Shown one piece after another: positions 1 to 11,267 of a stretch of 38,603 nt of DNA. Under the pieces are notes generated by a model, which had not been told where the DNA came from, did not search any database, and was given only the letters and a program-made list of their open reading frames with translations. Location: the NCBI GenBank assembly GCA_937864125.1, contig CALMHZ010000022.1, forward strand, positions 1 to 38,603, written 5' to 3'. The stretch comes from an uncultured bacterium. GTDB lineage: Bacteria > Patescibacteriota > Minisyncoccia > Moranbacterales > UBA1568. The translations under genes and the position numbers were made by a program. Positions within the stretch are counted from its first letter, which is position 1, and every line of letters begins with the position of its first letter.

Positions 1-1691
1 GGCGACGTGAGGTGGGACGAGTCTGCGCTGGGCGAGCACTCCGCCTTCGAAGCACGGATGATTTCCTCGATTTCCCAGATGGTTCCGTGTCCGCCGATAT
101 GGATTTCCATCACATCGCTGTGGATCACATGATCGCACTTGCGATAAAGATTATCCTTAAGCCGCTGGATGCTCCGCTCGTTGCCAGGAATGACGGAGGA
201 AGAGAAAACGATGGTATCGCTTTTCTGGAGCTTCACGAAACGGTGATTGTCGGTGACGATCCGCGACAGCGCGGCGTTCGATTCGCCTTGCGCGCCGGTA
301 CAGATGAGCACCAGTTCCTTGTCCGGATACTTGTGCATGTCGTTGACGGTGATGAGCGTCTCCGGCTTCACTTTGAGATAGCCGAGCTCTTTGGCGACTT
401 CGATATTCATTTTCATGCTGTACCCTTCGAGCGCGACTTTCTTTCCCGCCTGTTCGGCATACTCGATGAGATAGGTGATGCGGCGGATCTGCGAAGCGAA
501 GGTGCCGATAATCACCCGGCCCGGAGCCATGCGGATCAGTTCCTGAAGATTCCGGTGCACCTCCTGCTCCGATGGCGGGAGACCTTTTTTCAACGCGCCG
601 AGACTTTCGATGAGAAGGATCGTCGGACGAGGAAGTTCCTGCAAATGGGTATACGATATGGTTTCGCTACGGGAATCGAGCGGTTCGTTGGAAATCATCC
701 AATCCCCCATATGTATGATGGATCCCGCGGGCGAGACGATCGCTATTCCCATCGAGTCCATGATGGAATGCTCCACTTCGAAGAATCGTATCTCGAATAC
801 TCCGAGCTTCAAACGGTCGTCGACCGAGTTTACGCGGATGGTCTTCAGGTACTTGGTATCCCCCTTGTACTGATCCTCCACCTTGCGCTTGATAAGAGCC
901 AAGGTGAAATCGCGACTGACGATGACCGGGTAATTGAGCTGTTTGAGGAGGATCGGAGCCGCCCCGATATGGTCGAGGTGTCCGTGGGTGAAGATGACGC
1001 CGCGGATTCGGTCTTCCTTGCCTTTCAGATAATCGACATTCGGGACGATATAATCGATGCCGGGCATATCCTCTTCGGGGAATTGCACGCCCATGTCGAT
1101 GATGACGATGTCGTTCCCGTATTCGAAGACCGTCATATTCCTCCCTACTTCTTCCTGTCCTCCGAGAGGGATGATCCGGAGAATGTCCGGCTGGATAGGA
1201 GGAACCACCGCCTGTTTTCCGGGGCGGATATCAACATTCCTCCGGGACTCCGGAGTCACGAATGCCTCCGGTCGCCTCCCCCGGCCTCGTCGGCTGCTCG
1301 AGTTACCGCTTCTTTTCTTCGTAACCGATTGCTCCTTTGGGAGCGAAGGGGTTCCATTCTGCGGATTCACGGCACCGGCGGGACGAAGCGTTCGCTCGAT
1401 CGACTGCGCGCGATTATTCGCTTTTCCGCTTTCAAAGGATTTTTTCACATCTGCGCGACTCGCCGCCGCTCCTCCCTCATGAGGCGTTGTCCGTTCAGGC
1501 TTGTACGCCTGACTCCGGGCGACGACTCCTTCAAGCGCTCCGACAGAGAGGGCTTCTTTCAGCCCCGCGGACAAGACATCCGCGCGAGGAGAAATTGCTC
1601 CCGACGCTTCGGTAGTTTTGGCCTGAGGAGCATTGCTGCTGTAGGTATTCCTTTTCGGGAAATACCGCTTTTTTTTCTGAGATTCAATCAT
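1..1691 (-). CDS. rnj: Ribonuclease J (metallo-beta-lactamase / beta-CASP RNase); the C-terminus runs off the left edge of the window
   Basis: Absent from the ORF track because no stop codon lies inside the window. Hand translation of the minus strand from the ATG at 1691-1689 gives MIESQKKKRYFPKRNTYSSNAPQAKTTEAS... In the same frame, 998-966 reads VIFTHGHLDHI (HxHxDH metallo-beta-lactamase motif), about 1184-1120 reads ILRIIPLGGQEEVGRNMTVFEYG (typical RNase J N-terminus), and 116-87 reads DVMEIHIGGH (beta-CASP His motif). The listed + ORF 12..1703 is its antisense shadow. Confidence 0.88.
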   Translation of the reverse strand, partial: MIESQKKKRYFPKRNTYSSNAPQAKTTEASGAISPRADVLSAGLKEALSVGALEGVVARSQAYKPERTTPHEGGAAASRADVKKSFESGKANNRAQSIERTLRPAGAVNPQNGTPSLPKEQSVTKKRSGNSSSRRGRGRRPEAFVTPESRRNVDIRPGKQAVVPPIQPDILRIIPLGGQEEVGRNMTVFEYGNDIVIIDMGVQFPEEDMPGIDYIVPNVDYLKGKEDRIRGVIFTHGHLDHIGAAPILLKQLNYPVIVSRDFTLALIKRKVEDQYKGDTKYLKTIRVNSVDDRLKLGVFEIRFFEVEHSIMDSMGIAIVSPAGSIIHMGDWMISNEPLDSRSETISYTHLQELPRPTILLIESLGALKKGLPPSEQEVHRNLQELIRMAPGRVIIGTFASQIRRITYLIEYAEQAGKKVALEGYSMKMNIEVAKELGYLKVKPETLITVNDMHKYPDKELVLICTGAQGESNAALSRIVTDNHRFVKLQKSDTIVFSSSVIPGNERSIQRLKDNLYRKCDHVIHSDVMEIHIGGHGTIWEIEEIIRASKAECSPSADSSHLTS

Positions 1692-1873
1692 AAAAAACTT
1701 TAAATAAATTCATTAAACTACGAACGATTGTAAGAAAATGTGACCTATAACAAGGACCGTTTCCCAATCTTTAAGAGATAGCTCCTTAAGGAACCTGTCT
1801 CCAAAGAGGTATCAAAGTATTTTTTCACCGACCGAGAGCCGAAGCTTCTCGAAAAAAAATTTGAAACATCGTG

Positions 1874-1957
1874 TGCCGAAGGGGAGACTCGAACTCCCAT
1901 GCCCTTGCGAGCGCAGCGACCTGAACGCTGTGTGTCTACCAATTCCACCACTTCGGC
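1874..1957 (-). tRNA. tRNA-Leu (anticodon CAG), class II with long variable arm; CCA not encoded
   Basis: The reverse complement reads GCCGAAGTGGTGGAATTGGTAGACACACAGCGTTCAGGTCGCTGCGCTCGCAAGGGCATGGGAGTTCGAGTCTCCCCTTCGGCA. The acceptor stem is GCCGAAG/CTTCGGC. The anticodon stem is CAGCG/CGCTG with loop TTCAGGT. The T arm is GGGAG-TTCGAGT-CTCCC, there is a 15-nt variable arm, and the discriminator is A. Confidence 0.9.
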
Positions 1958-2020
1958 TGGAGCCCTGTGAAAGAGCCTTTCGCTTTCCCTTTTGTCTCTT
2001 TTGAGCGTCGAGGACGAATT

Positions 2021-3040
2021 TCAGGCAAGCATTTTTTTTAATTTTTCGACGAGCACGACCGGCGTCGGATCGGTACCATACTCGAGAGCGAGAGCATACG
2101 AGGCGAAATCCCCCAACAAAATGGTGCGAAACATTTTCTCGAAAACACCGCTCCCTCCCATATCGATGATCGTCGCTTCCGTTCCCTGGGCTCGAAGCAG
2201 GTCCGCCGTCGCTTCAAACCGCTTGAGATTCCTCGGATGATCCTCCTTATCGCGAAGCATGATAACGGCGAAAGCGCCCTGAGGGTTGGTGAACCCCACC
2301 ATTTCATTGTGATTGAGCTCTGGAAAGAAGTTCCAAAAGGCGGGCGTCTTGGCGTTCTCGTTGAACTTTATTTTCCACACCATGGCCACCGCCTTGTACT
2401 TGGGAGAAGCATATACCACCGGCGTCTTTCCTGCAAGTTTTTTTGCCAATTTCCGCCCCGACTCCTCGAGCTCAGGCACCGCCTCTTCCAATCGAAGGGC
2501 GGAAGCCAGCATGTCTTCCTCCGTATCCCGAACCAACCCCTGAGTGGCCAGCACTCGGATAAGGGCCCCGAAAAAATATCCTGTCCCTATGCGCGGCTGG
2601 AAATGAGCGCTGGGAAGCGGCAAGAGGATATGAGGAATATCATATTTTTTACAAAGCTCTTCGAGCTTTCCTCCGGCAGAAATCCCTATTATCGGAAGGT
2701 GCGCCAACCGAGCTTCTTCGAACGAAGCGAGCGTCTCTTCGGTATTCCCCGAGTACGAAGAAATGATATTGAGACAGTTCTCATAGCTCTCTTTGGGCAA
2801 TGTGTAAAATCGGTTTTGATATATGGATACCGATCGTCCGTTATTTTTTTGAAAAAGATCATCCAGATAGATGCGAAGCAGGTTGGCCGGCAAAGCCGAC
2901 CCTCCCATCCCGGAGATCATGATCTTATCAAAAGTGCCTTCCACGGAAATCCCGCGCGCGCAATCCATCCCCACCCGGAACTGGCCCGGGCTTTCCCGTA
3001 TCATCCGCAAAAAATCTGACGGATCCTGCTCATTGTTCAT
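2021..3040 (-). CDS. Bifunctional phosphoglucose/phosphomannose isomerase (SIS-domain PGI/PMI family)
   Basis: 339-aa ORF. The SIS-type motif IMISGMGGSALPANLL, the later ISSYSGNTEET motif and the overall length match the archaeal/bacterial bifunctional PGI/PMI family. It ends with a TGA stop. Confidence 0.75.
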   Translation of the reverse strand: MNNEQDPSDFLRMIRESPGQFRVGMDCARGISVEGTFDKIMISGMGGSALPANLLRIYLDDLFQKNNGRSVSIYQNRFYTLPKESYENCLNIISSYSGNTEETLASFEEARLAHLPIIGISAGGKLEELCKKYDIPHILLPLPSAHFQPRIGTGYFFGALIRVLATQGLVRDTEEDMLASALRLEEAVPELEESGRKLAKKLAGKTPVVYASPKYKAVAMVWKIKFNENAKTPAFWNFFPELNHNEMVGFTNPQGAFAVIMLRDKEDHPRNLKRFEATADLLRAQGTEATIIDMGGSGVFEKMFRTILLGDFASYALALEYGTDPTPVVLVEKLKKMLA

Positions 3041-3119
3041 ATGTCGTTCTTAGCTTCCCGCCCCCCCATCGCTCGATTGAAAGGCGGGGCATCATTAGAT
3101 TATTCGATGTCTTAGGCTC

Positions 3120-4763
3120 CTACTTTTCTTTGTTTTTCCATACACGCTTCGTTTTAATATACCGCTTTTCCATGTCTCCGAGCCGCCCGGACGGAGTATT
3201 GATGGTAGATATGTCCACTCCTTTGATCGTAGTGGAAAATATATACGAGACGCTCGGACTATAAAGGAATACGGCGGGATTTTTTTCCGCGATGATATCG
3301 AGAAATGAACGCATGAGAGTGCGGTGAGCGTCGGCATTTCCTTCTTCTCGAAGCTTGAAGAGCAGATCATCCGCCTCCGCATCATTGAATAATGACAGGT
3401 TCAATCCCGACTCGCTTTTCTCGCTCGAATGCCAGAAGGAGTAAAAATCCGGATTTACCGAGGTTTTCTCACCGTAGAGCAGGGCATCATATTCCCGTCC
3501 ACGGATGATATTTTGATTCAATTCCGGCAAGGACAGCACTCGTGTCGTCACGCGCGCCCCGATACCTTCCCAAGATTTCTTGAGAGCTTCCATAGTTGTC
3601 AGAAGTTCCGGCAAATCAGGAACCGTCATCTCGAATTGAAGGACGATGCCATCTTTGGCGCGTATGCCATCGGCACCCCGCTTCCAACCCTTTTCATCAA
3701 GCAACCGATTCGCCGCGTCCGGATCGTACGATGCCCCCGACGGCTCTCCTCCCTCCATGAAAAACAGAAGCGGCGAAGTGGCTATCGTCCCTCTCCCGCG
3801 AAGCACATCGCGGACCAGCGCTTCCCTATCGACAGCGCGAGCCAATGCCGCGCGAACTTCCGTATAGGCAAGAGGGACACTCCTTGAAGTGTTGAAAAAC
3901 ACTCCATATACCTGCGGAATATGGAAGTCGCGCACCGAGGTTCCTTTCTTTTCCGATAAGGCGGCTCCCCGATCGACGGAAACGGGGCTCATGCCGATAA
4001 TCTCCTTCTTCTCATACGCGTCGATCATGCTCTCTTCATCCGGATAGAAATTGAAAGAAAGCTTTGTGATATGCGCCTCTCCGGCAAAATATTCTGGGAA
4101 TGCGCGGAGCGAATACGAAAGAATATTCCCACTCGAATCCTTCTGATAATCAAAAAATCGGTAGGGTCCCGATCCGACCGGATTAAGATTCGCCTCAGCC
4201 AACGCGAATCGATCCGGGGCTATGGATTCCCATATATGCCGAGGAAGAATGCCCAAGGTAAGATGCTCAAGAAATCCGAAGTAAGGCTTTTTTAAAGTAA
4301 ACACGACCGTTCGCGCATCCGGAGCGGAAACCTCGACGCCCTGCCAATTTTGCCGAAGCGGGCTCCGATATGCCGGATCTCTTACCGCATTGACGGTAAA
4401 CACCACATCGCCCGAAGAAAGGTCGGTACCATCATGCCACTTCACTCCTGAGCGGAGCGTCACCGTGTATGTCTTTCCGTCTTCCGAAAGAGCATACTTT
4501 TCGGCGAGCTGCGGAACAACTCGCCCATTTTCATCATACCCGAACAAGCCGCTGTAGAGGACCTGGACCAAATCGGAATCCGCCATGTTCGCGGGCGACA
4601 AAAGAGGATTGATATACTGCGGCTGACCGACAATGCCTTCCGTATACTGGCCTCCCCGATCCGGAACAGGCTCGGTTGCCGCGACATACAGCGCGCCGAT
4701 CCAAAAAAGAATCGCTCCTATGATCGCCACGCTAAGGAAAAGGACGGCTATTCTATCCCTCAT
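3120..4763 (-). CDS. ABC transporter substrate-binding protein, family 5 (peptide/nickel type), N-terminally membrane anchored
   Basis: 547-aa ORF with an N-terminal hydrophobic helix (IAVLFLSVAIIGAILFWIGALYV). Family-5 SBP-like segments follow (YTVTLRSGVKWHDGTDLSSGDVVFT, GSGPYRF). No permease or ATPase gene is adjacent. Confidence 0.7.
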   Translation of the reverse strand: MRDRIAVLFLSVAIIGAILFWIGALYVAATEPVPDRGGQYTEGIVGQPQYINPLLSPANMADSDLVQVLYSGLFGYDENGRVVPQLAEKYALSEDGKTYTVTLRSGVKWHDGTDLSSGDVVFTVNAVRDPAYRSPLRQNWQGVEVSAPDARTVVFTLKKPYFGFLEHLTLGILPRHIWESIAPDRFALAEANLNPVGSGPYRFFDYQKDSSGNILSYSLRAFPEYFAGEAHITKLSFNFYPDEESMIDAYEKKEIIGMSPVSVDRGAALSEKKGTSVRDFHIPQVYGVFFNTSRSVPLAYTEVRAALARAVDREALVRDVLRGRGTIATSPLLFFMEGGEPSGASYDPDAANRLLDEKGWKRGADGIRAKDGIVLQFEMTVPDLPELLTTMEALKKSWEGIGARVTTRVLSLPELNQNIIRGREYDALLYGEKTSVNPDFYSFWHSSEKSESGLNLSLFNDAEADDLLFKLREEGNADAHRTLMRSFLDIIAEKNPAVFLYSPSVSYIFSTTIKGVDISTINTPSGRLGDMEKRYIKTKRVWKNKEK

Positions 4764-4888
4764 CCGAAAAGATAAAAAGATGGAAACAAACCCTACCTCC
4801 CTCCATTTGTGGATGACATCCTTAAGAAAAATACTCTTATATTAATTTTTAGGGAAGCTGTGATGGCAAGGATATGCCGAGGATCGAT

Positions 4889-5104
4889 CTAAGAGAGCTT
4901 CGTATTGATGATCGCGAGAAGAACGAATGCGCTTCCCAGGGCCACCGATCCATAGAACAAAAACTTTTCAAGACCCCTTTTCGTGTAATATCCGCCGAAA
5001 TCCCCGCCGAATACCGAGCCAAGGCCGGATCCGCGATTTTGTAGCAATATGAAGATAATAAGGAGCACCGAAACAACCATTTGCGCCCAAAGAAGTGGCT
5101 TCAT
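4889..5104 (-). CDS. secG: Preprotein translocase subunit SecG
   Basis: 71-aa two-helix protein carrying the SecG signature LLQNRGSGLGSVFGG between the hydrophobic segments. Confidence 0.8.
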   Translation of the reverse strand: MKPLLWAQMVVSVLLIIFILLQNRGSGLGSVFGGDFGGYYTKRGLEKFLFYGSVALGSAFVLLAIINTKLS

Positions 5105-5195
5105 AGAGGGAAAAACGAAAGAAAAGAGTCCGAACGAGCTTTTTCCATACTAGCAAAGAACGGAGAAAGAGTCAACCGCGCTTTCCGAAATATGC

Positions 5196-6344
5196 CTACT
5201 TCGGGAAAAATCCGATATCTCCTGGAAGGGAACCATAGGTTTCATCTTTTCCTTCCTCCGTCTGCCGACGATGATATATTCCGAGTAAAAGCCCGATAAT
5301 TACGAAGGAAACGAGCAGGGAGCTGCCTCCATAGGAAAGAAGAGGCGCCGGAATCCCTGTGACGGGAAGTGCTCCGATATTCATGCCCACATTGATGATG
5401 ATCTGAATGGTAAAATAAGAAAATGCCCCAATGGCGATAAGGTATCCCGTATTGTCCCGCGCGGACTCCGCGATGCGCCGTATGCGATAAAGCAGCAGAC
5501 CGTAGGCGAATAGGGTCGCGGCGAATCCGAGAAGACCCAATTCTTCCGCTATCACGGCGACAATGAAGTCCGTGTGTTTTTCCGGCAAAAACGAAAGCTG
5601 GGATTGCGACCCGTACCCCACTCCTTTTCCGAATATTCCTCCTGATCCGACGGCCGTCATCGATTGCAGCACATTGTATCCGCTTCCTCTCGGATCCAGC
5701 TCGGGATTCATGAAGGTCTCAATCCGGCTGCGCTGATAGTCTTCGAGAAAAAACCACCCCGAAAACGCAAGCAGTACGCCCACCAAACAGAGCGCCAAGA
5801 CATGCTTAAGGCGTATCCCGGAAACGAAAATCATTCCGGCCCAGACGCCGGACAGCACGAGAGCGCTCCCGAGATCGGGTTGCCGCAACACGAGAAAAAT
5901 GAATACGGAGGAAAGGACAAGCGAGGCCAAGATACGGACCCACTCGCCGAGCGTCGATCGCTTCTTCGCGATAAAGCTTGCCAGGAAGATAATCAAGGCT
6001 ATTTTTGCTCCCTCCACCGGCTGGAACTGAAACACCCCGATATCGATCCACCCGGAGGTTCCTCGGACGGTCTTTCCGAAAACAATCGCCCCCAGGAGGA
6101 AAAGAATCGTCGCGAAATATATCGGGGTACTGAATTTTCCGATGTGGCGATAGTCGAAAAAAACAAGACCGAACATGAGAAGAATCCCGATACCTCCGAA
6201 CACGGCCTGACGAAGAAAAAAATTTCCCGTCCATGTCCATTCCGGAGAAATCACGGAGAGGCTATACAAAGCAAGCAGGCTCATTCCGAAAAGAAAGATT
6301 GCCGATGCTATCAAAAGCCAGTCGATATCGAAAAATCGTCGCAT
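5196..6344 (-). CDS. SEDS-family peptidoglycan polymerase (FtsW/RodA/SpoVE)
   Basis: 382-aa polytopic membrane ORF with conserved SEDS segments (QPDLGSALV, LPEKHTDFIVAVIAEELGLLG, GIPAPLLSYGGSSLL). Confidence 0.85.
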   Translation of the reverse strand: MRRFFDIDWLLIASAIFLFGMSLLALYSLSVISPEWTWTGNFFLRQAVFGGIGILLMFGLVFFDYRHIGKFSTPIYFATILFLLGAIVFGKTVRGTSGWIDIGVFQFQPVEGAKIALIIFLASFIAKKRSTLGEWVRILASLVLSSVFIFLVLRQPDLGSALVLSGVWAGMIFVSGIRLKHVLALCLVGVLLAFSGWFFLEDYQRSRIETFMNPELDPRGSGYNVLQSMTAVGSGGIFGKGVGYGSQSQLSFLPEKHTDFIVAVIAEELGLLGFAATLFAYGLLLYRIRRIAESARDNTGYLIAIGAFSYFTIQIIINVGMNIGALPVTGIPAPLLSYGGSSLLVSFVIIGLLLGIYHRRQTEEGKDETYGSLPGDIGFFPK

Positions 6345-6430
6345 ACAAGAAAATACAGGCTCACTGCCAAAAAACTATTGTTTTTATCGGAATTCTTTAA
6401 GCGACCCGCGCCCGGAAAGCATCCGAATCA

Positions 6431-7309
6431 TCACTTGCTTTCCCTTTCTTGAAACTTCCCCGTTCCTATGTATCGCTTGATGAAATTCTCCGAGTGATAG
6501 ATGTCCGCTTCGGGCTCCACTTCGATAGTGGCCACTTCCCCGGGAAAAGCGCGCGGAAAACGAAGGCGGAAATCACGCTCTTCCTTGGAAAGAACCGTGT
6601 TCATTTCCGTTTGATTGAAGGCGACCGGCCTTCCATTCACATCTCGTAAAATAACTTTTACCGAAATGGAACCGAAATCAAACAAGCTGTCATTGGAGAG
6701 GGTGCCGGTAGCCTCGCTGAAAAATGGGCTATTCGTTACTTTTTCATACCGCTTATCCCGAATGGAAAGAACCGGTTTTTCCTGATAGCCGGAAAACTTC
6801 TCCCAAGTAGCATCAGAAAAAACGATGTGGACGGATTGGGGCCTGGAGGAAGAGCGCACTCCGATGGCGAGCAATGTCTTGGTCTCCTGGGGAAGGATGA
6901 AATTCCTGCCCTTCGCCTCTGCCAGTATCTCTCCCGACGATCCCTTCACTTGAAATGTATAGGTAAAGCTCGCGGCGCCGAGTTCGTCGTTCGGATTATA
7001 GATTGCTCCGAGAATGTCATAGACCCCCTCTTCCCCCGATGGGACGAAGGTCGCCTCGCGTACCACGATATCTTCCGGGGTATAGACGACCACGCACGCG
7101 CCGCAAGAACCGCCGCAATCGATACCGTCTTCATCTTGATTCTGCCGCTTGTCAAAACAAGTGGGATCCGGGATCGTCAAAAAATACCACGAGCTCCAAA
7201 AGAGCGCGACAAAAAAAACAATGAGGCCGATAATGGTTCCTCGCTTCAAGGCTCGTTCGGAAGATGTCATAGGAATTGAAAAAATACCGAGAGATTCTCT
7301 CGACTCCAT
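6431..7309 (-). CDS. Hypothetical single-pass membrane protein with a Cys-rich acidic motif (DEDGIDCGGSCGAC) and a beta-rich ectodomain
   Basis: 292-aa ORF with one TM helix (IIGLIVFFVALFWSSWYFL). No family was recognised. An alternative start lies at Met14 (7270). It sits 112 nt downstream of the 5S gene on the same strand. Confidence 0.55.
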   Translation of the reverse strand: MESRESLGIFSIPMTSSERALKRGTIIGLIVFFVALFWSSWYFLTIPDPTCFDKRQNQDEDGIDCGGSCGACVVVYTPEDIVVREATFVPSGEEGVYDILGAIYNPNDELGAASFTYTFQVKGSSGEILAEAKGRNFILPQETKTLLAIGVRSSSRPQSVHIVFSDATWEKFSGYQEKPVLSIRDKRYEKVTNSPFFSEATGTLSNDSLFDFGSISVKVILRDVNGRPVAFNQTEMNTVLSKEERDFRLRFPRAFPGEVATIEVEPEADIYHSENFIKRYIGTGKFQERESK

Positions 7310-7317
7310 TGTAGCAC

Positions 7318-7340
7318 AAAAAAACAGCCTGCGGGCCGTT
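7318..7340 (-). terminator. Candidate intrinsic terminator downstream of the 5S rRNA
   Basis: The minus-strand RNA reads ACGGCC-CGCA-GGCUGU followed by UUUUUU. That is a 6-bp stem including one G-U pair, a 4-nt loop and a U tract from the plus-strand A run at 7318-7324. It lies only 9 nt before the ATG at 7309, so read-through or co-transcription cannot be excluded. Confidence 0.4.
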
Positions 7341-7421
7341 TCTTATGATACTGAAAGGTGTGAATCGGACGCAGACTCCCCTTGAGAATGCGGCTTATTC
7401 GAAGCGCTCTTGAAAAACAGG

Positions 7422-7539
7422 GTCTTGGCGGCGACCTACTCTCCCCCGCCTTGCGGCGAAGTACCATCGGCGCTGATAGGCTTAACGGCCGAGTTCGAAA
7501 TGGGATCGGGTGTACCTCTATCGCAAAGACCACCAAGAC
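7422..7539 (-). rRNA. rrf: 5S ribosomal RNA
   Basis: The reverse complement reads GTCTTGGTGGTCTTTGCGATAGAGGTACACCCGATCCCATTTCGAACTCGGCCGTTAAGCCTATCAGCGCCGATGGTACTTCGCCGCAAGGCGGGGGAGAGTAGGTCGCCGCCAAGAC. Helix I closes as GUCUUGGUGG/CCGCCAAGAC, and the conserved CCGAAC-like and GAGAGUAGG blocks are present. Confidence 0.92.
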
Positions 7540-7560
7540 TCTGTTTTCCAAGAGAAGTCA

Positions 7561-7580
7561 GAAGCTTTCTGTTGCCAACC
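7561..7580 (-). other. 3' strand of the 23S pre-rRNA processing helix (23S-5S spacer)
   Basis: Plus-strand gaagctttctgttgccaacc. Its RNA (GGUUGGCAACAGAAAGCUUC) pairs over 20/20 positions (18 Watson-Crick plus 2 G-U) with the leader segment at 10854-10873. Confidence 0.6.
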
Positions 7581-7594
7581 GAAAAAAGAAAAAG

Positions 7595-10792
<3,198 letters not shown>

Positions 10793-10853
10793 TTCTCCTT
10801 TCTTCTTCATCTTGTCCGCAAAGTTCCGACGAATCGGAATCTCGCGGACAACC

Positions 10854-10873
10854 GGTTGACAACAGAAAACTTC
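10854..10873 (-). other. 5' strand of the 23S pre-rRNA processing helix (leader)
   Basis: Plus-strand ggttgacaacagaaaacttc. The RNA GAAGUUUUCUGUUGUCAACC is complementary to the RNA of 7561-7580. A purine-rich (10793-10815) versus pyrimidine-rich (7581-7600) extension continues the helix toward the mature ends. Confidence 0.6.
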
Positions 10874-11108
10874 CGTTCTCAGTTGTTTCGATTTTCTTCT
10901 GATAACATTTGCTTGACCTCTCCGACACAAGTTCCTCCCCCACTGTTCCACGCGCCATCTGGGCCTAGAGTTCTCTTTGTCGGAATGTATGCAATTGTCA
11001 ATGTTCGTTTGCGCGGAAATGGAAATCAAGAACATGATTGCCGGACTCTACATTTCCCCACAAAAACGCTAGAAAACAAAAATGTCCCACTTCAAGACAG
11101 TAAGTACT

Positions 11109-11137
11109 ATGATAGAGAAACTAAGAGAAGCTGTCAA
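11109..11137 (-). promoter_or_regulatory. Candidate sigma70-type promoter of the 23S-5S unit
   Basis: The minus strand reads TTGACA-gcttctcttagtttctc-TATCAT. The -35 matches 6/6, the spacer is 17 nt and the -10 matches 5/6. It lies about 310 nt upstream of the mature 23S 5' end and downstream of the stop of the preceding CDS (11268). Confidence 0.55.
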
Positions 11138-11204
11138 GTAAAATGACATTTCAAGCGAACCCCTGCGGCGCTCCGGGAGAAAAACCTCTTTTCGGCTTGT
11201 TTTT

Positions 11205-11240
11205 GAGCGCTCCGAGCAGGTCTCGGAAGCGCTCTTTTAT
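11205..11240. terminator. GC-rich inverted repeat between the Wzy_C/TPR gene and the rRNA promoter (possible terminator/insulator)
   Basis: gagcgctccgag-cagg-tctcggaagcgctc forms a 12-13 bp stem. The T run (ttttat) follows it only on the + strand. On the - strand it is followed by AAAAAC, so it is not a canonical intrinsic terminator for the upstream minus-strand gene. Confidence 0.3.
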
Positions 11241-11267
11241 ACCCGCCAAGCCTTCCGTGATTTCTTT

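Noticed and set aside
12-1703. 563-aa + strand ORF, the longest ORF offered for this region
   Set aside because: It is the antisense shadow of RNase J. Its translation is Arg/Asp/His-rich with no motifs, whereas the minus strand in the same interval gives HxHxDH and other RNase J signatures in one continuous frame.
1692-1873. Hairpin cgagagccgaagcttctcg downstream of tRNA-Leu as a terminator
   Set aside because: On the transcribed (minus) strand the U run precedes rather than follows the stem, so it does not have intrinsic-terminator geometry. It is too weak to call.
2021-2023. Alternative genetic code (UGA read as Gly/Trp, as in some CPR lineages)
   Set aside because: The PGI/PMI gene ends at TGA at the expected protein length. 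All conserved genes are full length under the standard code, and none requires in-frame TGA read-through.
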